The notes under the pieces were generated by a model. It saw nothing but the letters and a program-made list of their open reading frames with translations. It ran no database searches and had not been told where the DNA came from. From Candidatus Heimdallarchaeota archaeon (GTDB taxonomy: Archaea > Asgardarchaeota > Heimdallarchaeia > JABLTI01), in NCBI GenBank assembly GCA_018238155.1, contig JABCTZ010000026.1:148269-212268 (forward strand): 64,000 nt of DNA. Reading direction: 5' to 3'. The number at the start of each line of letters is the position of its first letter. Positions within the stretch are counted from its first letter, which is position 1. A program made the translations under genes and the position numbers. Of this stretch, positions 49,820 to 60,739 are shown one piece after another.

Positions 49820-51112
49820 ATGAGTGAAAATACTGATGAAAACATAGCCATAGAGGAGAAAAATGAAATTGGTGGTACAAAAAGCACCAGATTTTCACTC
49901 TATTTGATTGCAGGTCTTTCCTCATCTGCAGTATTCATTTCACGTGTTTTTATCGGGTTATATGCTGCTTTTATTCAATCTTCAGCTCTTGCAATTTCCT
50001 TCATTGTCTCTTTAAGAAACCTCATCCAACAAGTGTTTCAATTTACTTTTGGGAGAATTTCCGATCGCGTTGGTCGGAAAATAGTCATGCTCATTGGTAT
50101 AATTATTGCAGGTGTTAGTATTGCATTATTTCCACTTATCAAGAATGGTTGGGTTCTAGTTGGTGGTGTCGTTGGATTTTCAATTGGATTTTCTATGTAT
50201 TATCCCTCATTTACAGCCATTCAAGGAGACATCACTAATAAGAAAAATCGTGCCGGATTAATCAGCTTGATAACCATTATTGGAGCGTTTGCAACTCTTA
50301 TCGGGTTAATTGTTGTTGGCTTTGCAGGAGAAATTGGTAGTACAGAAACAATGCAGTATACAATTATCCTAGAATTAACAGCAGGTATTTTTCTTCTAGC
50401 AGCTATTGTTAGTGTTTTCTTACATGATCCACCTCGAGAGAAACTTAAAGAGAAAACGCATTTTTCATTTGACCCTTTGAGATTTAATCCCAATTTTCGT
50501 CGATTTGTTATAATTAATAGTATAATGTCCTTCACCATGGCAATTGGATGGCCGATTTTTCCAATTGTCCGGGAAGAATACGCAACAACTATTCAAAACA
50601 CATGGATTTGGGCTATTTTTGCTGCTTGCCAAATTATAGTCTTACTAGCGACATACAAATTTATCAATCGAATTGGAAGAAGACCATTGCTACTTGTGGG
50701 ACGAATTGTTATGTTTATTGTTCCATTAATTCTAGCTATCTCAATCAGATGGTTCCCAGATTGGAGAATCTATATTATCTCCGGAGCAATTAGTGGTGCC
50801 TGTAATGCATTCTACATGGTAGGGCAAAACAGCTTCATTTTAGATTCTGCCACTGAAAAAGAAAAGGGAACATATACAGGAGTTTATAATTTCTTTATCG
50901 GAATATCAACATTTCTCGGTTCTTTAATAATGGGATTTATTGCAGATTTTTACCTTGCTCAATATGATTTTTGGACAGTTATTTTTGTACTCAATCTAGC
51001 AATAGCTGGTGCAAGATTTCTTGGTGGATTTGGATACTTTTTCATGAAAGAACCAATTCAAACTCAGATTGTTAAAAAATTAGATGATGATGCGAACACT
51101 CAAACCAGTTGA
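49820..51112 (+). CDS. MFS transporter
   Basis: FGRISDRVGRK motif A, about 12 TMs. Confidence 0.88.
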   Translation: MSENTDENIAIEEKNEIGGTKSTRFSLYLIAGLSSSAVFISRVFIGLYAAFIQSSALAISFIVSLRNLIQQVFQFTFGRISDRVGRKIVMLIGIIIAGVSIALFPLIKNGWVLVGGVVGFSIGFSMYYPSFTAIQGDITNKKNRAGLISLITIIGAFATLIGLIVVGFAGEIGSTETMQYTIILELTAGIFLLAAIVSVFLHDPPREKLKEKTHFSFDPLRFNPNFRRFVIINSIMSFTMAIGWPIFPIVREEYATTIQNTWIWAIFAACQIIVLLATYKFINRIGRRPLLLVGRIVMFIVPLILAISIRWFPDWRIYIISGAISGACNAFYMVGQNSFILDSATEKEKGTYTGVYNFFIGISTFLGSLIMGFIADFYLAQYDFWTVIFVLNLAIAGARFLGGFGYFFMKEPIQTQIVKKLDDDANTQTS

Positions 51113-51206
51113 AATACCATTCTCAAGTCCAATATTGAAACTATTATGAATGATTCCTCTTTTTTTACTATAAATTTTTTTGGATGTAAGCCATTTTAGC
51201 TAAAAA

Positions 51207-51428
51207 TCATTTTGTTAATTTAATTGTAGAGTTAAAAGATGGTACAATTCCCTCAAAATCTACTATTCCCTTTTCTTTCATTGTTTTAAGCCGTAAACGA
51301 ACACCTTCAAATTTATCAGCAAGAGTTTCATTCAAAGTTTTATAATCTAATTCTCCACCGTGTTCTTTTAGAACATTCACAATTTCCTTATATTCAGCTT
51401 CATAATCAATATGTGTCATTTCCATCAA
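51207..51428 (-). CDS. Small winged-helix-like protein
   Basis: IVNVLKEHGGELDYKTL...LKTMKEKGIVDF pattern. Confidence 0.65.
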   Translation of the reverse strand: MMEMTHIDYEAEYKEIVNVLKEHGGELDYKTLNETLADKFEGVRLRLKTMKEKGIVDFEGIVPSFNSTIKLTK

Positions 51429-51780
51429 CTGTTCTAATAATTGCTCGTTTATGTCTTTTTCCCTTTACATCGTAAACTGCTCATAAATAAATATCAAACT
51501 CTGCTTTTTCGAATATTGTCAAGTAGGAAGGATTATAGCGTTCTGAAAACCTTGCTATTAAAAAACAATTTCTTACAAAATGGGATGTTTTTTTTACTTA
51601 ATATCACAGTCATCTTAAATAAAAACAACCATTTGATTATAAAAAGAGAAGTTTATCAAGTGTTATTAATTGAAAAGATTAATTGATGCGGTACTATTAT
51701 ACAACCTTTGTTCGTGAATTGAATAACGATCTATTATAAGCTCTATTAGAACCCGTTCAAACTCAAATAATTGAAAAAAA

Positions 51781-52856
51781 TTAGCTGTTGATGCGAGCAC
51801 CCAAACCAGTTGAAATAATATATGGTTTGCCACCTGCATCTTGGATTGCTTTTGATACTTCTTTCTCTTTTCCTGGTGCGTACGCTAGCATTGTTCCGCC
51901 ACATCCACTGCCTTTAGTTTACATCCCAAAGCACCTGCATTTTTTGCAGCAGCAATCATCCTTTCGACTTTTGGAGTGGATCTTTTGAATCCATCACGTA
52001 TAAGACTGTGATGTTCATCAATCATTTTGCCCAGTTGTTCTTTGGTATATTGTCCTTTTTGCAGAATTTTTAATGCATTTCTAGTAAGGTCTCTATTTTG
52101 AATTGACGTTAAAGTCATTAATCGATTTGCAATAGAGAGAGAATCTACATGATTTGTAATTTCCTTCAGAGAAGTTTTTCTGTGACTAAAGCCATTGATT
52201 AAATCACATAATTGCTGATATCCTTCTTCAACGGAAGTTCTGATCATACGCAAATCACCTACAGTATCCTCTTTCTTTTCTAAGGAATCACCAATTAACA
52301 AACCAGAGAGTGTTACAGGAACTTTTGTTAATTTTATTTCTTGATCAAAATCCACATGAATTATTCCTCCAAATACAGAAGAATAATGATCCATCATACC
52401 GCCACTCTCGCCAAATTCAAGCACTTCTCCTTTAAATGCATACTGTACTGTTTCCTCTAGAGAGATTTTTACTTTCGCTAGAGAACTAAAAACCATAACA
52501 CAAGCAATAGAAAACGCCGAAGAACTTGAAAGACCTGCTGCAATTGGTATTTCACCAGAGATAACTAAATCAGCTCCATTTTTTGGAAGAATACCATTTC
52601 TTTTGAGTACATTAAAACAGCTTCGCAGATAATCTCTTCTATGGCGATAATCAATTTCATCATCTATGGAAAATGAATCAGTTTCATCAAGATCAAGATA
52701 ATTGATTCTAAATTCTCTGTCCTTTCGTTGTCTCACTACAATCTTGATAGTTTTATCTAATGCCATAGAAATTACTTCTAAACCCAGATAATCGCTGTGT
52801 TCACCAAACAGAAAAACTCTACCCGGTGCAAGTATTTGAAATGAAGATGGATGCAT
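51781..52856 (-). pseudogene. GHMP (galactokinase-like) kinase with 1-nt deletion frameshift near 51913
   Basis: APGRVFLFGEHSDY, IPIAAGLSSS, GGMMD; GCKL-(AA)-GSGCGGTMLAYAPG...INS* continues in the shifted frame to the stop at 51781. Confidence 0.85.
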
Positions 52857-53058
52857 GGTATTCCTATATTTAATTACGAGTTTTCAATTTTTGCTTCTTT
52901 TCATTATTAAAAGATTAAAGAAAAAAGATTTTTGTCATACCGCATTCTTTCAGATTAACTTTGATACCACTTTCACTTCACTCAAAACAAATGCTTATAA
53001 AATATCATCAATACATTTATTGTGCAAAGCTATAGAAAGTATAATGGGGATAATTAAT

Positions 53059-53538
53059 ATGGTTCAAGAAAAAAGACCTCGAGGAAGACCTAGAATATAT
53101 TCAACAGATGCTGAAAGAAAAAGAGCCTACAATTATAGACAAAAAGCAAAACATTTGGAAATGGAAAAACGAGTGCTAGACCTCGAAGAGATACTCGGGG
53201 TTGATAAATTTTTCAACACAGAATCATTAGATCCAATTTTCCAATTAACTTATGCTGATATGTTGAAATGTGATTCATCTCAACTAATTGATATCAGCAA
53301 CAATCTTCGACAAAGAATACCTAAGAAGATGACAATGGTTAGTCCTCTTCATGTGTTTGTGGAAGATTTGGTAGAAAATATTACTTCAACTCATGGCAAC
53401 GAAATTTCAGGAGAAACACTTTTTTCTAAATCTAATGATTTCTTTTTTAGAAATCAACAATATTTTCGAAATCTAACAATTTTGCATCTCGTTGAAAAAG
53501 AACTAACAAAGAGAGAAGAAAAGAAAAAAATCGATTGA
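53059..53538 (+). CDS. Putative DNA-binding protein (AT-hook + basic helix/short zipper)
   Basis: RPRGRPRIYSTDAERKRAYNYRQKAKHLEMEKRVLDLEE; ATG 53059 after GGGGA (ORF track starts at 52855). Confidence 0.65.
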   Translation: MVQEKRPRGRPRIYSTDAERKRAYNYRQKAKHLEMEKRVLDLEEILGVDKFFNTESLDPIFQLTYADMLKCDSSQLIDISNNLRQRIPKKMTMVSPLHVFVEDLVENITSTHGNEISGETLFSKSNDFFFRNQQYFRNLTILHLVEKELTKREEKKKID

Positions 53539-53584
53539 AAGATAGGGGAAATGAATTTTAACTATATTCGAGAGGTAATAGGTT

Positions 53585-54631
53585 ATGGAACTTCAAGTGC
53601 ACGAAGAGGATTTAATAAAAACCATTTTCAATAGCAAAGTTTTTTGGTTTTTTGTAGCTATCATTATCGGTTATTTACTATCCTTAATGGCAATCATCTT
53701 TTTCCCACAAGAGACAGCAATTAAGACCGTTGTCGCTTTTTCGCTGCTACTATCCGGGACTGCATTAATCTCAGCTTTTAGTTCAAAACGGATAATTGAT
53801 AGATTTGAATCACTTGTAAGAAGAAATACTCCTGCTTATGTAGTATTATCCTTTGCTTCAATATTCCTTCCCTTTCTTTTAGTAATAATTGTTGGAGAAA
53901 ACTTTTCAACGAATGTATTTGTTATGTTCGTTTTATGGTATTGTGTACCGATAATGCTAATGATATTGGGGCAAATCCTTTTCCCACAAAACAAGAGATT
54001 AACTTTTTTCTTGATTATTGGTGGAGCAGCAATACTTTGGTTAGGGATGGATCATCGTTATACAATGATTGTTTTCGATGGATTTCAAGGCCTTAGCTAC
54101 AATTTTACCGCTATTTGGATTGTAAATATTCTTCTTATTTGTTATTCTCCATTTAATCTTCATGATCATAAACAAATTAATTCAAAAATAACCTTTGCAG
54201 GTATAAAATACACTTTACTTTTCGTACCAATACTTTTGCTTTTGATTACTCCCTTAGGATTATTTTCAGGATTTTTGACTTGGAACCCTGATGTATCAAC
54301 TAGTCTCTTGGAGAAAATTGCTGCCTTTATTGGAATATATCTAACAATTGCTTTGCCTGAAGAATTCATTTTTAGAGGAGTAATATTAAATGAATTCGAT
54401 AAAAGAACAGGAACAAAATCAAATATTCGATGGCTAACCTTAGTGTTTGTATCTTTTGTTTTTGGATTAACTCACTGGAATAATACATCACCAGAATTAA
54501 TAATTTATTATGTTCTTTTTGCCACCATTGCTGGCATAACTTACGGACACACTTGGCGAAAAACGGGATTATTTGGTGCTGCCCTGCTCCATACGACTGT
54601 TGATTGGGTTTGGGCGTTTTATTTAACGTAG
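53585..54631 (+). CDS. CPBP-family (CAAX type II/Abi) intramembrane protease
   Basis: PEEFIFRG, FGLTH, LLHTTVD; polytopic. Confidence 0.9.
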   Translation: MELQVHEEDLIKTIFNSKVFWFFVAIIIGYLLSLMAIIFFPQETAIKTVVAFSLLLSGTALISAFSSKRIIDRFESLVRRNTPAYVVLSFASIFLPFLLVIIVGENFSTNVFVMFVLWYCVPIMLMILGQILFPQNKRLTFFLIIGGAAILWLGMDHRYTMIVFDGFQGLSYNFTAIWIVNILLICYSPFNLHDHKQINSKITFAGIKYTLLFVPILLLLITPLGLFSGFLTWNPDVSTSLLEKIAAFIGIYLTIALPEEFIFRGVILNEFDKRTGTKSNIRWLTLVFVSFVFGLTHWNNTSPELIIYYVLFATIAGITYGHTWRKTGLFGAALLHTTVDWVWAFYLT

Positions 54632-54659
54632 AAGTTTTTCGAATGTTCAACTTTAGTAA

Positions 54660-55223
54660 ATATCTAACCCCATTGAAATAGCACAATATGATGATGGTGG
54701 TAGTTGCAAAGGAGTATTTGTCTCTCATAGCATTGCCTCTGTTGCTGACGATCGAGAAGGACTTGAGATATTTCGAGTAGGTATGGATTCGGATGGAGAT
54801 TTCTTAACTGATTATGAAGAAAATTATGTCTATGATACTGATCCAAATGATCCTGATACAGATGGTGATAATCTACTTGATTCTGAAGAAGTGGAAGCAG
54901 GAGTGGACGGATATATCACAGATCCTTTAGATCCTGATACGGACGACGATGGTATAACTGATGATGAGGAAGTTGAAGAAGGAGTAGATGGTTGGATAAC
55001 TGATCCTACAGATGCGGACACGGATGACGATGGATATACAGATGGCGATGAAGTGACAGCTGGAACTGATTCAACTAACGCATCTGACTTTCCAGGTAGC
55101 GCTGGTGATTCAGAAGTAAGTCCCTTGCTTTCCAACTTTTGGTTCTGGGGAACTATTAGCTTAGGTGTAATATATTTGATAACAATAGTAGTGTTCCTAC
55201 TCATTTTGAGGAGACGTCGTTAA
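54660..55223 (+). pseudogene. 5'-truncated surface protein: LVIVD repeat remnant + Asp-rich Ca-binding (TSP3-like) repeats + TM anchor
   Basis: Frame open from 54660 ([37 protein letters not shown]) with no start or signal peptide; DTDGD/DTDDDG repeats; TM + RRRR. Confidence 0.7.
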
Positions 55224-55354
55224 GACTATCTCCATAATATTTTTTTTAGTAATCAAACTTTTTTCGCTCTATGACTGTGCAAATGTAATTCTATTATAAG
55301 ATAGATAGTCAGCAAACCCCCGATAATTATCTATTGAACTTTATTTCACAGAAA

Positions 55355-56801
55355 TTATCTATTAATCCCAAATTTGTATCCTTGTTTGTAAGTTTCATCA
55401 TATTCTCTAAGTTTGCTTTGTATGTAATGTTTTATTTCTCCATCCTCTATTTCAGATCTTTTATCTCTCAGTATTTTTATAGAGCTTTCATCACCAATCC
55501 GGATAATTGCCATTATTGCAGCAGTAACTATAAATCTCTGTTTATCCTCAAATACAATATTTAGTAATAATTTAGTTAGCTCTAATCTTCTCGAAAGTCC
55601 AAAAACATAAATAATTTCTCTCATTATATTCCTTTTTGGATTAGATTCAAGAAGTTCCTTTAATGCAGCAATACTTTTGACGGTATTAATTCTTCCGAGT
55701 ATTCTAATTTGAAGTTTCTTTACCCAAAGATTCTTTTCTTCTTTCAATGCATTTATTATAAATTCTGTTGACTCCTCTCCTTGAATTCTTTCCAATTTCA
55801 AACAACAAAAACCTCTAATTTTCGTATCAGTATCTTGAATTATGGTTGTCTTAATTAGTTGGATTTTGTCTTCTGGTGAGATATTAACTAAAGCATTGAA
55901 AGCCACTTGTTTAACAGAAGTATCTTTTTCTTCTTTGTATATTTGTAAAAGTAATGGATATGAAAGATCTCTTGGTTGCTTTTTTATTATCCTAATAGCT
56001 TTTTTTCTATCTCTAGAGTGTTTACTATTTCTAAGAAATTTGATATCTTCAAAATTACTTAAATATTTATGAAAATCCTCTAAATCAATTTCTTGGTTAT
56101 TTTTTGTATCAATAGCTATTAATGCTTTCTTAATTTCTAACTTTTTAAAATAATATAAATTATTATTCAATAATTCTCTTAATTTTTTTTCTGTTGCTTC
56201 ATCCTTTGGAGCATATTTTTTAAGCAAATGAAAGTATAATTCACTACCTTTTTCTTCTTTACTCTTTTCAAGAATATCCAGCAACTCATTCAGGAATTCC
56301 ATTGATTCAATATCATATTTATACCAATAACTCAATAAACTATATAGTCTAACATAATTTTTGAACTTCATAATATATTCTAGAATAAACATTTCTGCTT
56401 CTGCATCTTCTAATCTAGCAAATTCCTTTATTAAACCGATAAAATAGCTATATTCTCTGTAAAGCTGAGTATTATAGTTGATGGTTTTATCAATGAAATT
56501 ATCAATATTGAGATTCTTGATTAGAAAAGAAAAAAATTCAAGATTATTTTTATCTTTAATTAAACCTAATATTTCTACGATTGTTTCTTTATCTTTGTAG
56601 GAATCTGATTTTACTAGCTTATCTTTTAAGATCTTAATTACTTCTTCTTTAGGATGATATTGCAAGAATTTCTCAATTATAAATCTAGATTTGTGGTCTT
56701 TTGTATAAAAGATATCAGCAATTTTTCTAACTAACCAATCAATATCAGATTTAATCTCCGAAGACAGTATTTCTCTTCTCCTTTTTTTGTTATCTTTTCA
56801 T
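55355..56801 (-). CDS. HEAT-repeat protein with probable N-terminal frameshift
   Basis: HEAT repeats (VKQVAFNAL, IVTAAIMAIIRIGD); frame open upstream of TTG 56665 to 56797; ATG at 56801 is off by one base. Confidence 0.7.
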
Positions 56802-56832
56802 ATATTGAATTTTTTTATAATTTGCTCATTCT

Positions 56833-57918
56833 TTACGTTAACAAATTTTCCCACCCTGCCTTTGCAAAGATTATAATTAAGGGAATGATAACAAAAGCTA
56901 ATAAACACACAGCATTTAACGAGTATCCTATTTTTCCTGTTAGTGATTTCGAACTTAGAGCACCAGATCCAATGCCAACTATTAGTAATGAAAAAATGAT
57001 AGTATAAAGAATTGGTGAATAAATAGTAAGCGACAATAAAATAAGACCAAAAATAATGATCACAGAAATTCCAAGAACTGCTGAGATAGCACTAAGGGTA
57101 AGTTGAACGTTTTTTCTTAGCCCTTCAGGGTTTTTATTCATTAAAATAACTAATCTGATAGAATCACTAACACACCACCAGATCAGAAGCAAAGCTAACC
57201 CAAATCCGAAAATAGCAATGAATGTTACGGTATATTGGATACTAATCATTAAGATAATCGGGGAAAGCCAAGCAAGTAGATAAAACGCAAAGAAAATTAT
57301 CACTCTTGGATTATTTGCTGAATCAATTTTACTTGGACCTTTTGGTGAAAGTATCCATTGATAGAAATCCTCTTCAAAAGTAAGTAGAGATATTTGTAAA
57401 AGAATGTTTATCCAGAAATACATTCCAAATATTACTGTTGGAGTAGAATCGAAGTTTATTAAGCCAAACCAAGGTAATGGATTATTGTAATCATTAACAA
57501 GAATACTTGAAAGAATTGGTACTAAATATAATCCCCAATTGAAGAAAATAAGCAATCTTGTTCTTTTGTACTCCCTTACTAAAAATGTTAAACCGGATAT
57601 TGTAAAACTGATCATTGCTATTGGCAACAAGAAGTAAAAACTGAGTTTGTACTCAATTATTGGATTTATCCATACTCCTGGAGAAGACTCTTCTGTAAAG
57701 ATAATCTGTAAGAAAAAGTTTTCAAGAAAAATCTCTTGGGTTCCGGATCCACTAGGTAGACTTGTAGGATCAACAAATGAGAATATTAACCAAGTGAAAA
57801 TTGCTACAGAGATAGCACTTAGAGTTACTGAAAACACTAAACCGAAAGGAAATTTCTTCTTCTTAACAATATCATCAGTTGTTCTACTCTCTTCATTAGT
57901 AACAATCGTTTCAGACAC
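56833..57918 (-). CDS. Polytopic membrane protein, unknown function
   Basis: About 9 hydrophobic segments; GTG 57918 after GGGGA. Confidence 0.7.
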   Translation of the reverse strand: MSETIVTNEESRTTDDIVKKKKFPFGLVFSVTLSAISVAIFTWLIFSFVDPTSLPSGSGTQEIFLENFFLQIIFTEESSPGVWINPIIEYKLSFYFLLPIAMISFTISGLTFLVREYKRTRLLIFFNWGLYLVPILSSILVNDYNNPLPWFGLINFDSTPTVIFGMYFWINILLQISLLTFEEDFYQWILSPKGPSKIDSANNPRVIIFFAFYLLAWLSPIILMISIQYTVTFIAIFGFGLALLLIWWCVSDSIRLVILMNKNPEGLRKNVQLTLSAISAVLGISVIIIFGLILLSLTIYSPILYTIIFSLLIVGIGSGALSSKSLTGKIGYSLNAVCLLAFVIIPLIIIFAKAGWENLLT

Positions 57919-58017
57919 AATAATCCCCTTTGATTTTTCTTCCACAATTAATAAAAAGATTATCAAACATTTATGATTATTCATTAAAATGTTTAAAAAG
58001 ATTAAGAGAGATAATCT

Positions 58018-58368
58018 ATGAGCATGTCAGACCAAGAACAGAAATTTGATTTTGAAGAGAGAAGTGAAGAAGAGAGAATAGTTAAAATTAATTCTCTAGG
58101 TAATTTTTCCTTTTATTTTGGTTTTATTTCATTATTGCTATTTTCTTGGTTGTTTGAGCTCATTATTTGGAAAGTTCTTGATATTACGGGTATAGCATTA
58201 TTTTTATACCTATTAGTAATAGTAGGATTTCCACTCGGTGGATTGATTTGTGGTGTGTTAGCAAGAAAAACAAAGAAAGGATTAATTGGATTAATAGTGA
58301 ATGCAATTATTATCCTCTCATTCATAGGCAGCTCCATTGCATTATTAGTTGTAACAACTACTAATTAG
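58018..58368 (+). CDS. Small 3-TM membrane protein
   Basis: Acidic N-terminus then three hydrophobic helices. Confidence 0.7.
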   Translation: MSMSDQEQKFDFEERSEEERIVKINSLGNFSFYFGFISLLLFSWLFELIIWKVLDITGIALFLYLLVIVGFPLGGLICGVLARKTKKGLIGLIVNAIIILSFIGSSIALLVVTTTN

Positions 58369-58493
58369 CTAATAATCGAATCTAGTAAAATTATCTGACA
58401 AAAATATTTTTCACACAAAAATAGAAAAAAATTAAATTCAAGTTAGTAAGTTAGTATAACTTAGATTGAAATTAAGATATAAAGGTGTTTTAT

Positions 58494-59843
58494 ATGAAAA
58501 CGAAATTTTATGCTATTAATTTTATTATTTTATTTTGTATTCTAAATTTCGGAATATTAACTCAATTTAATCAGTTACCTACTGTGAAAGCTGAAGTGAT
58601 AATCAGTGAAAAATGGAGTTATTCTGCTGGTTGGGGGATATATTCTGATCCACAAGTTGCTGATTTAGATGATGATGGCAGCTTAGAAATAGTTTTCACC
58701 TCACTTGATAGCAATGTCTATTGCTTGGATGAAGATGGTACCAAATTGTGGAATTATTCAGCTACCGGATCTGCTGAACCTACACCCTTGATAGCTGATC
58801 TCGATGATGACGGGTTTAAAGAAGTTATTTTTACATCAATGGACCATAATGCTTACTGTATAACCTATGATGGAAACTTATATTGGTCTTATGATACTGG
58901 AACAGCTATTATTAGCTACCCTTCTGCAGCAGATCTTGACAACGATGGAACTTTGGAAGTACTGTTCGGTTGTTTAGATAATAAGCTCTACTGTATTTCT
59001 GATACTGGTGCTTTTGAATGGGATTATACTACTGGTGGCACTATCTATTCTAGTCCTTTACCTGTTGATATTGATAATGACAATGTAGAAGAGATTCTAT
59101 TTGCTTCTAATGATGGAAATTTCTATTGTTTAGATAATATTGGTTCCTATCTTTGGAACTACCCTCTAGGTATTGGTGCAGGATTCAGTGCTGTCGCTGC
59201 AGATATAGATAATGACAACACAATGGAAGTTGTTGTTGCAGACTACGGAGGTAAAATATCTGCATACAGAAATCCCGGTATACGTGAATGGCTTTTCTTC
59301 CCTGGCGGTTCATTAAGAGAACCTCTCATTACTGATTTAGATTCGGATAATAATATAGAGATTATATCTACCTCTAGTAATGGTATGATTTTCTGTCTTG
59401 ATGGTACTGGAGGTTATCTTTGGAGTAACTACCTTGGTAATTCTACAGGTCATCCTATAGCAAAGGATTTGGATGGAGATGGTAATCAAGAAATTCTTGT
59501 AGGAACAAATAGTGGCATCCTTTATTGTTTAGATTATCAAGGAAATAAACTCTGGAATTACACTTTCAGTGGTCAAATATTTGGCAAACCTGTTGTGGTT
59601 AATTTAGATGCTGATGATGATTTTGAAATAATAGTTCCTGTTGCACATCCTGATAATACTCTTTACTGTTTAGACCTTACTATAACAACACCAACGACAT
59701 CTGGGAATGGTGGTATATTTGACATTCCTTTTCTGGCTCAATGGGGATTATGGATAATAATTGGTATGGGCGTTTTGTATCTACTAACAGTAATCCTACT
59801 ATTGGTAATTAAGAAAAAAGGAAAACTGGCAAAAAATAACTAA
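58494..59843 (+). CDS. Secreted FG-GAP/PQQ-like beta-propeller surface protein with C-terminal anchor
   Basis: Signal peptide; about 8 repeats S.P..ADLD.DG..EI....D...YCLD..G..LW.Y; Thr linker, TM, KKK. Confidence 0.88.
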   Translation: MKTKFYAINFIILFCILNFGILTQFNQLPTVKAEVIISEKWSYSAGWGIYSDPQVADLDDDGSLEIVFTSLDSNVYCLDEDGTKLWNYSATGSAEPTPLIADLDDDGFKEVIFTSMDHNAYCITYDGNLYWSYDTGTAIISYPSAADLDNDGTLEVLFGCLDNKLYCISDTGAFEWDYTTGGTIYSSPLPVDIDNDNVEEILFASNDGNFYCLDNIGSYLWNYPLGIGAGFSAVAADIDNDNTMEVVVADYGGKISAYRNPGIREWLFFPGGSLREPLITDLDSDNNIEIISTSSNGMIFCLDGTGGYLWSNYLGNSTGHPIAKDLDGDGNQEILVGTNSGILYCLDYQGNKLWNYTFSGQIFGKPVVVNLDADDDFEIIVPVAHPDNTLYCLDLTITTPTTSGNGGIFDIPFLAQWGLWIIIGMGVLYLLTVILLLVIKKKGKLAKNN

Positions 59844-59923
59844 CAAGCTATAATGAAAGTTTAGCTTAAGAGCTAATCTTTCAATTTTCTTATTTTTTTC
59901 AATCTATTTTTAGAACCATTACT

Positions 59924-60739
59924 TTACTTCTTTTTTCCTTTCAGTGAAAATATCATTGGAACGTTGAATAATTCATTCTGGAAATAATAATACCCATCTT
60001 CTCCTCTTTTCATTTCTGGATGTAGCTGGAAGAAACCAAAAGGAAACTCATGAATAAAATCTATTTCAATACCAACAGCAATTAGAGAATTTACTATTGA
60101 ACCCAATGAGTGTAACCATTCAAAAGAAACAACATTTTCCAATTTTTTCGCAGAATCTATAGGATTTGATTCATCTTCAAAACGAATTGCTTTTCCTTCA
60201 TTGAAGTAAGGGTACCCTGTCTGAAATCTTTTAGGATATTCTTCATCAATTATTAGACCAAAGGGATGACTTTCAATAATATAGAAAATACCACCTGGTT
60301 TAAGGAAATGAGCTATTATTTCAGCCCACTTTTTGATATCAGGTAACCAACACAGAACTCCATATGAAGTAAAAATAATGTCAAATTTCTTATCGAGTTT
60401 TTTTGACAAATCATAAATATTGGTTTCAACAAAATCGGCTGAAATTTTGAGTTCTTCACTTAATTCTCTTGCCAGTTTTATTGCTTCAGAAGCGAAATCC
60501 ACTCCGGTCACTTTTGCTCCTTTTCTCGCCCAAGAAAGTGTGTCCATTCCAAAATGGCATTGTAAATGAAGAAGAGATTTTCCTTTAACATCGCCTAGTT
60601 CTCTTACTTCAATAGGTAACAAACTTGATTTCCCTTTAATAAATCCTTCAAGATTATAGAATTTTGATTGTGCATTTATCTCTACTCGTTCATTCCAACG
60701 TTTCATATTTGCTTCAAAATATTCTTCATTCATTGACAA
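59924..60739 (-). CDS. Class I SAM-dependent methyltransferase
   Basis: LLHLQCHFGMDTLS, FDIIFTSYGVLCWLPD, LKPGG. Confidence 0.9.
   Translation of the reverse strand: MSMNEEYFEANMKRWNERVEINAQSKFYNLEGFIKGKSSLLPIEVRELGDVKGKSLLHLQCHFGMDTLSWARKGAKVTGVDFASEAIKLARELSEELKISADFVETNIYDLSKKLDKKFDIIFTSYGVLCWLPDIKKWAEIIAHFLKPGGIFYIIESHPFGLIIDEEYPKRFQTGYPYFNEGKAIRFEDESNPIDSAKKLENVVSFEWLHSLGSIVNSLIAVGIEIDFIHEFPFGFFQLHPEMKRGEDGYYYFQNELFNVPMIFSLKGKKK

Noticed and set aside
51900-51925. Programmed -1 ribosomal frameshift in the GHMP kinase
   Set aside because: No X XXY YYZ slippery site or evident stimulatory structure; simple indel more likely
54783-55080. Periodic DNA repeats suggesting a CRISPR array
   Set aside because: Degenerate in-frame codon repeats of Asp-rich Ca-binding motifs; no identical repeats with unique spacers and no cas genes
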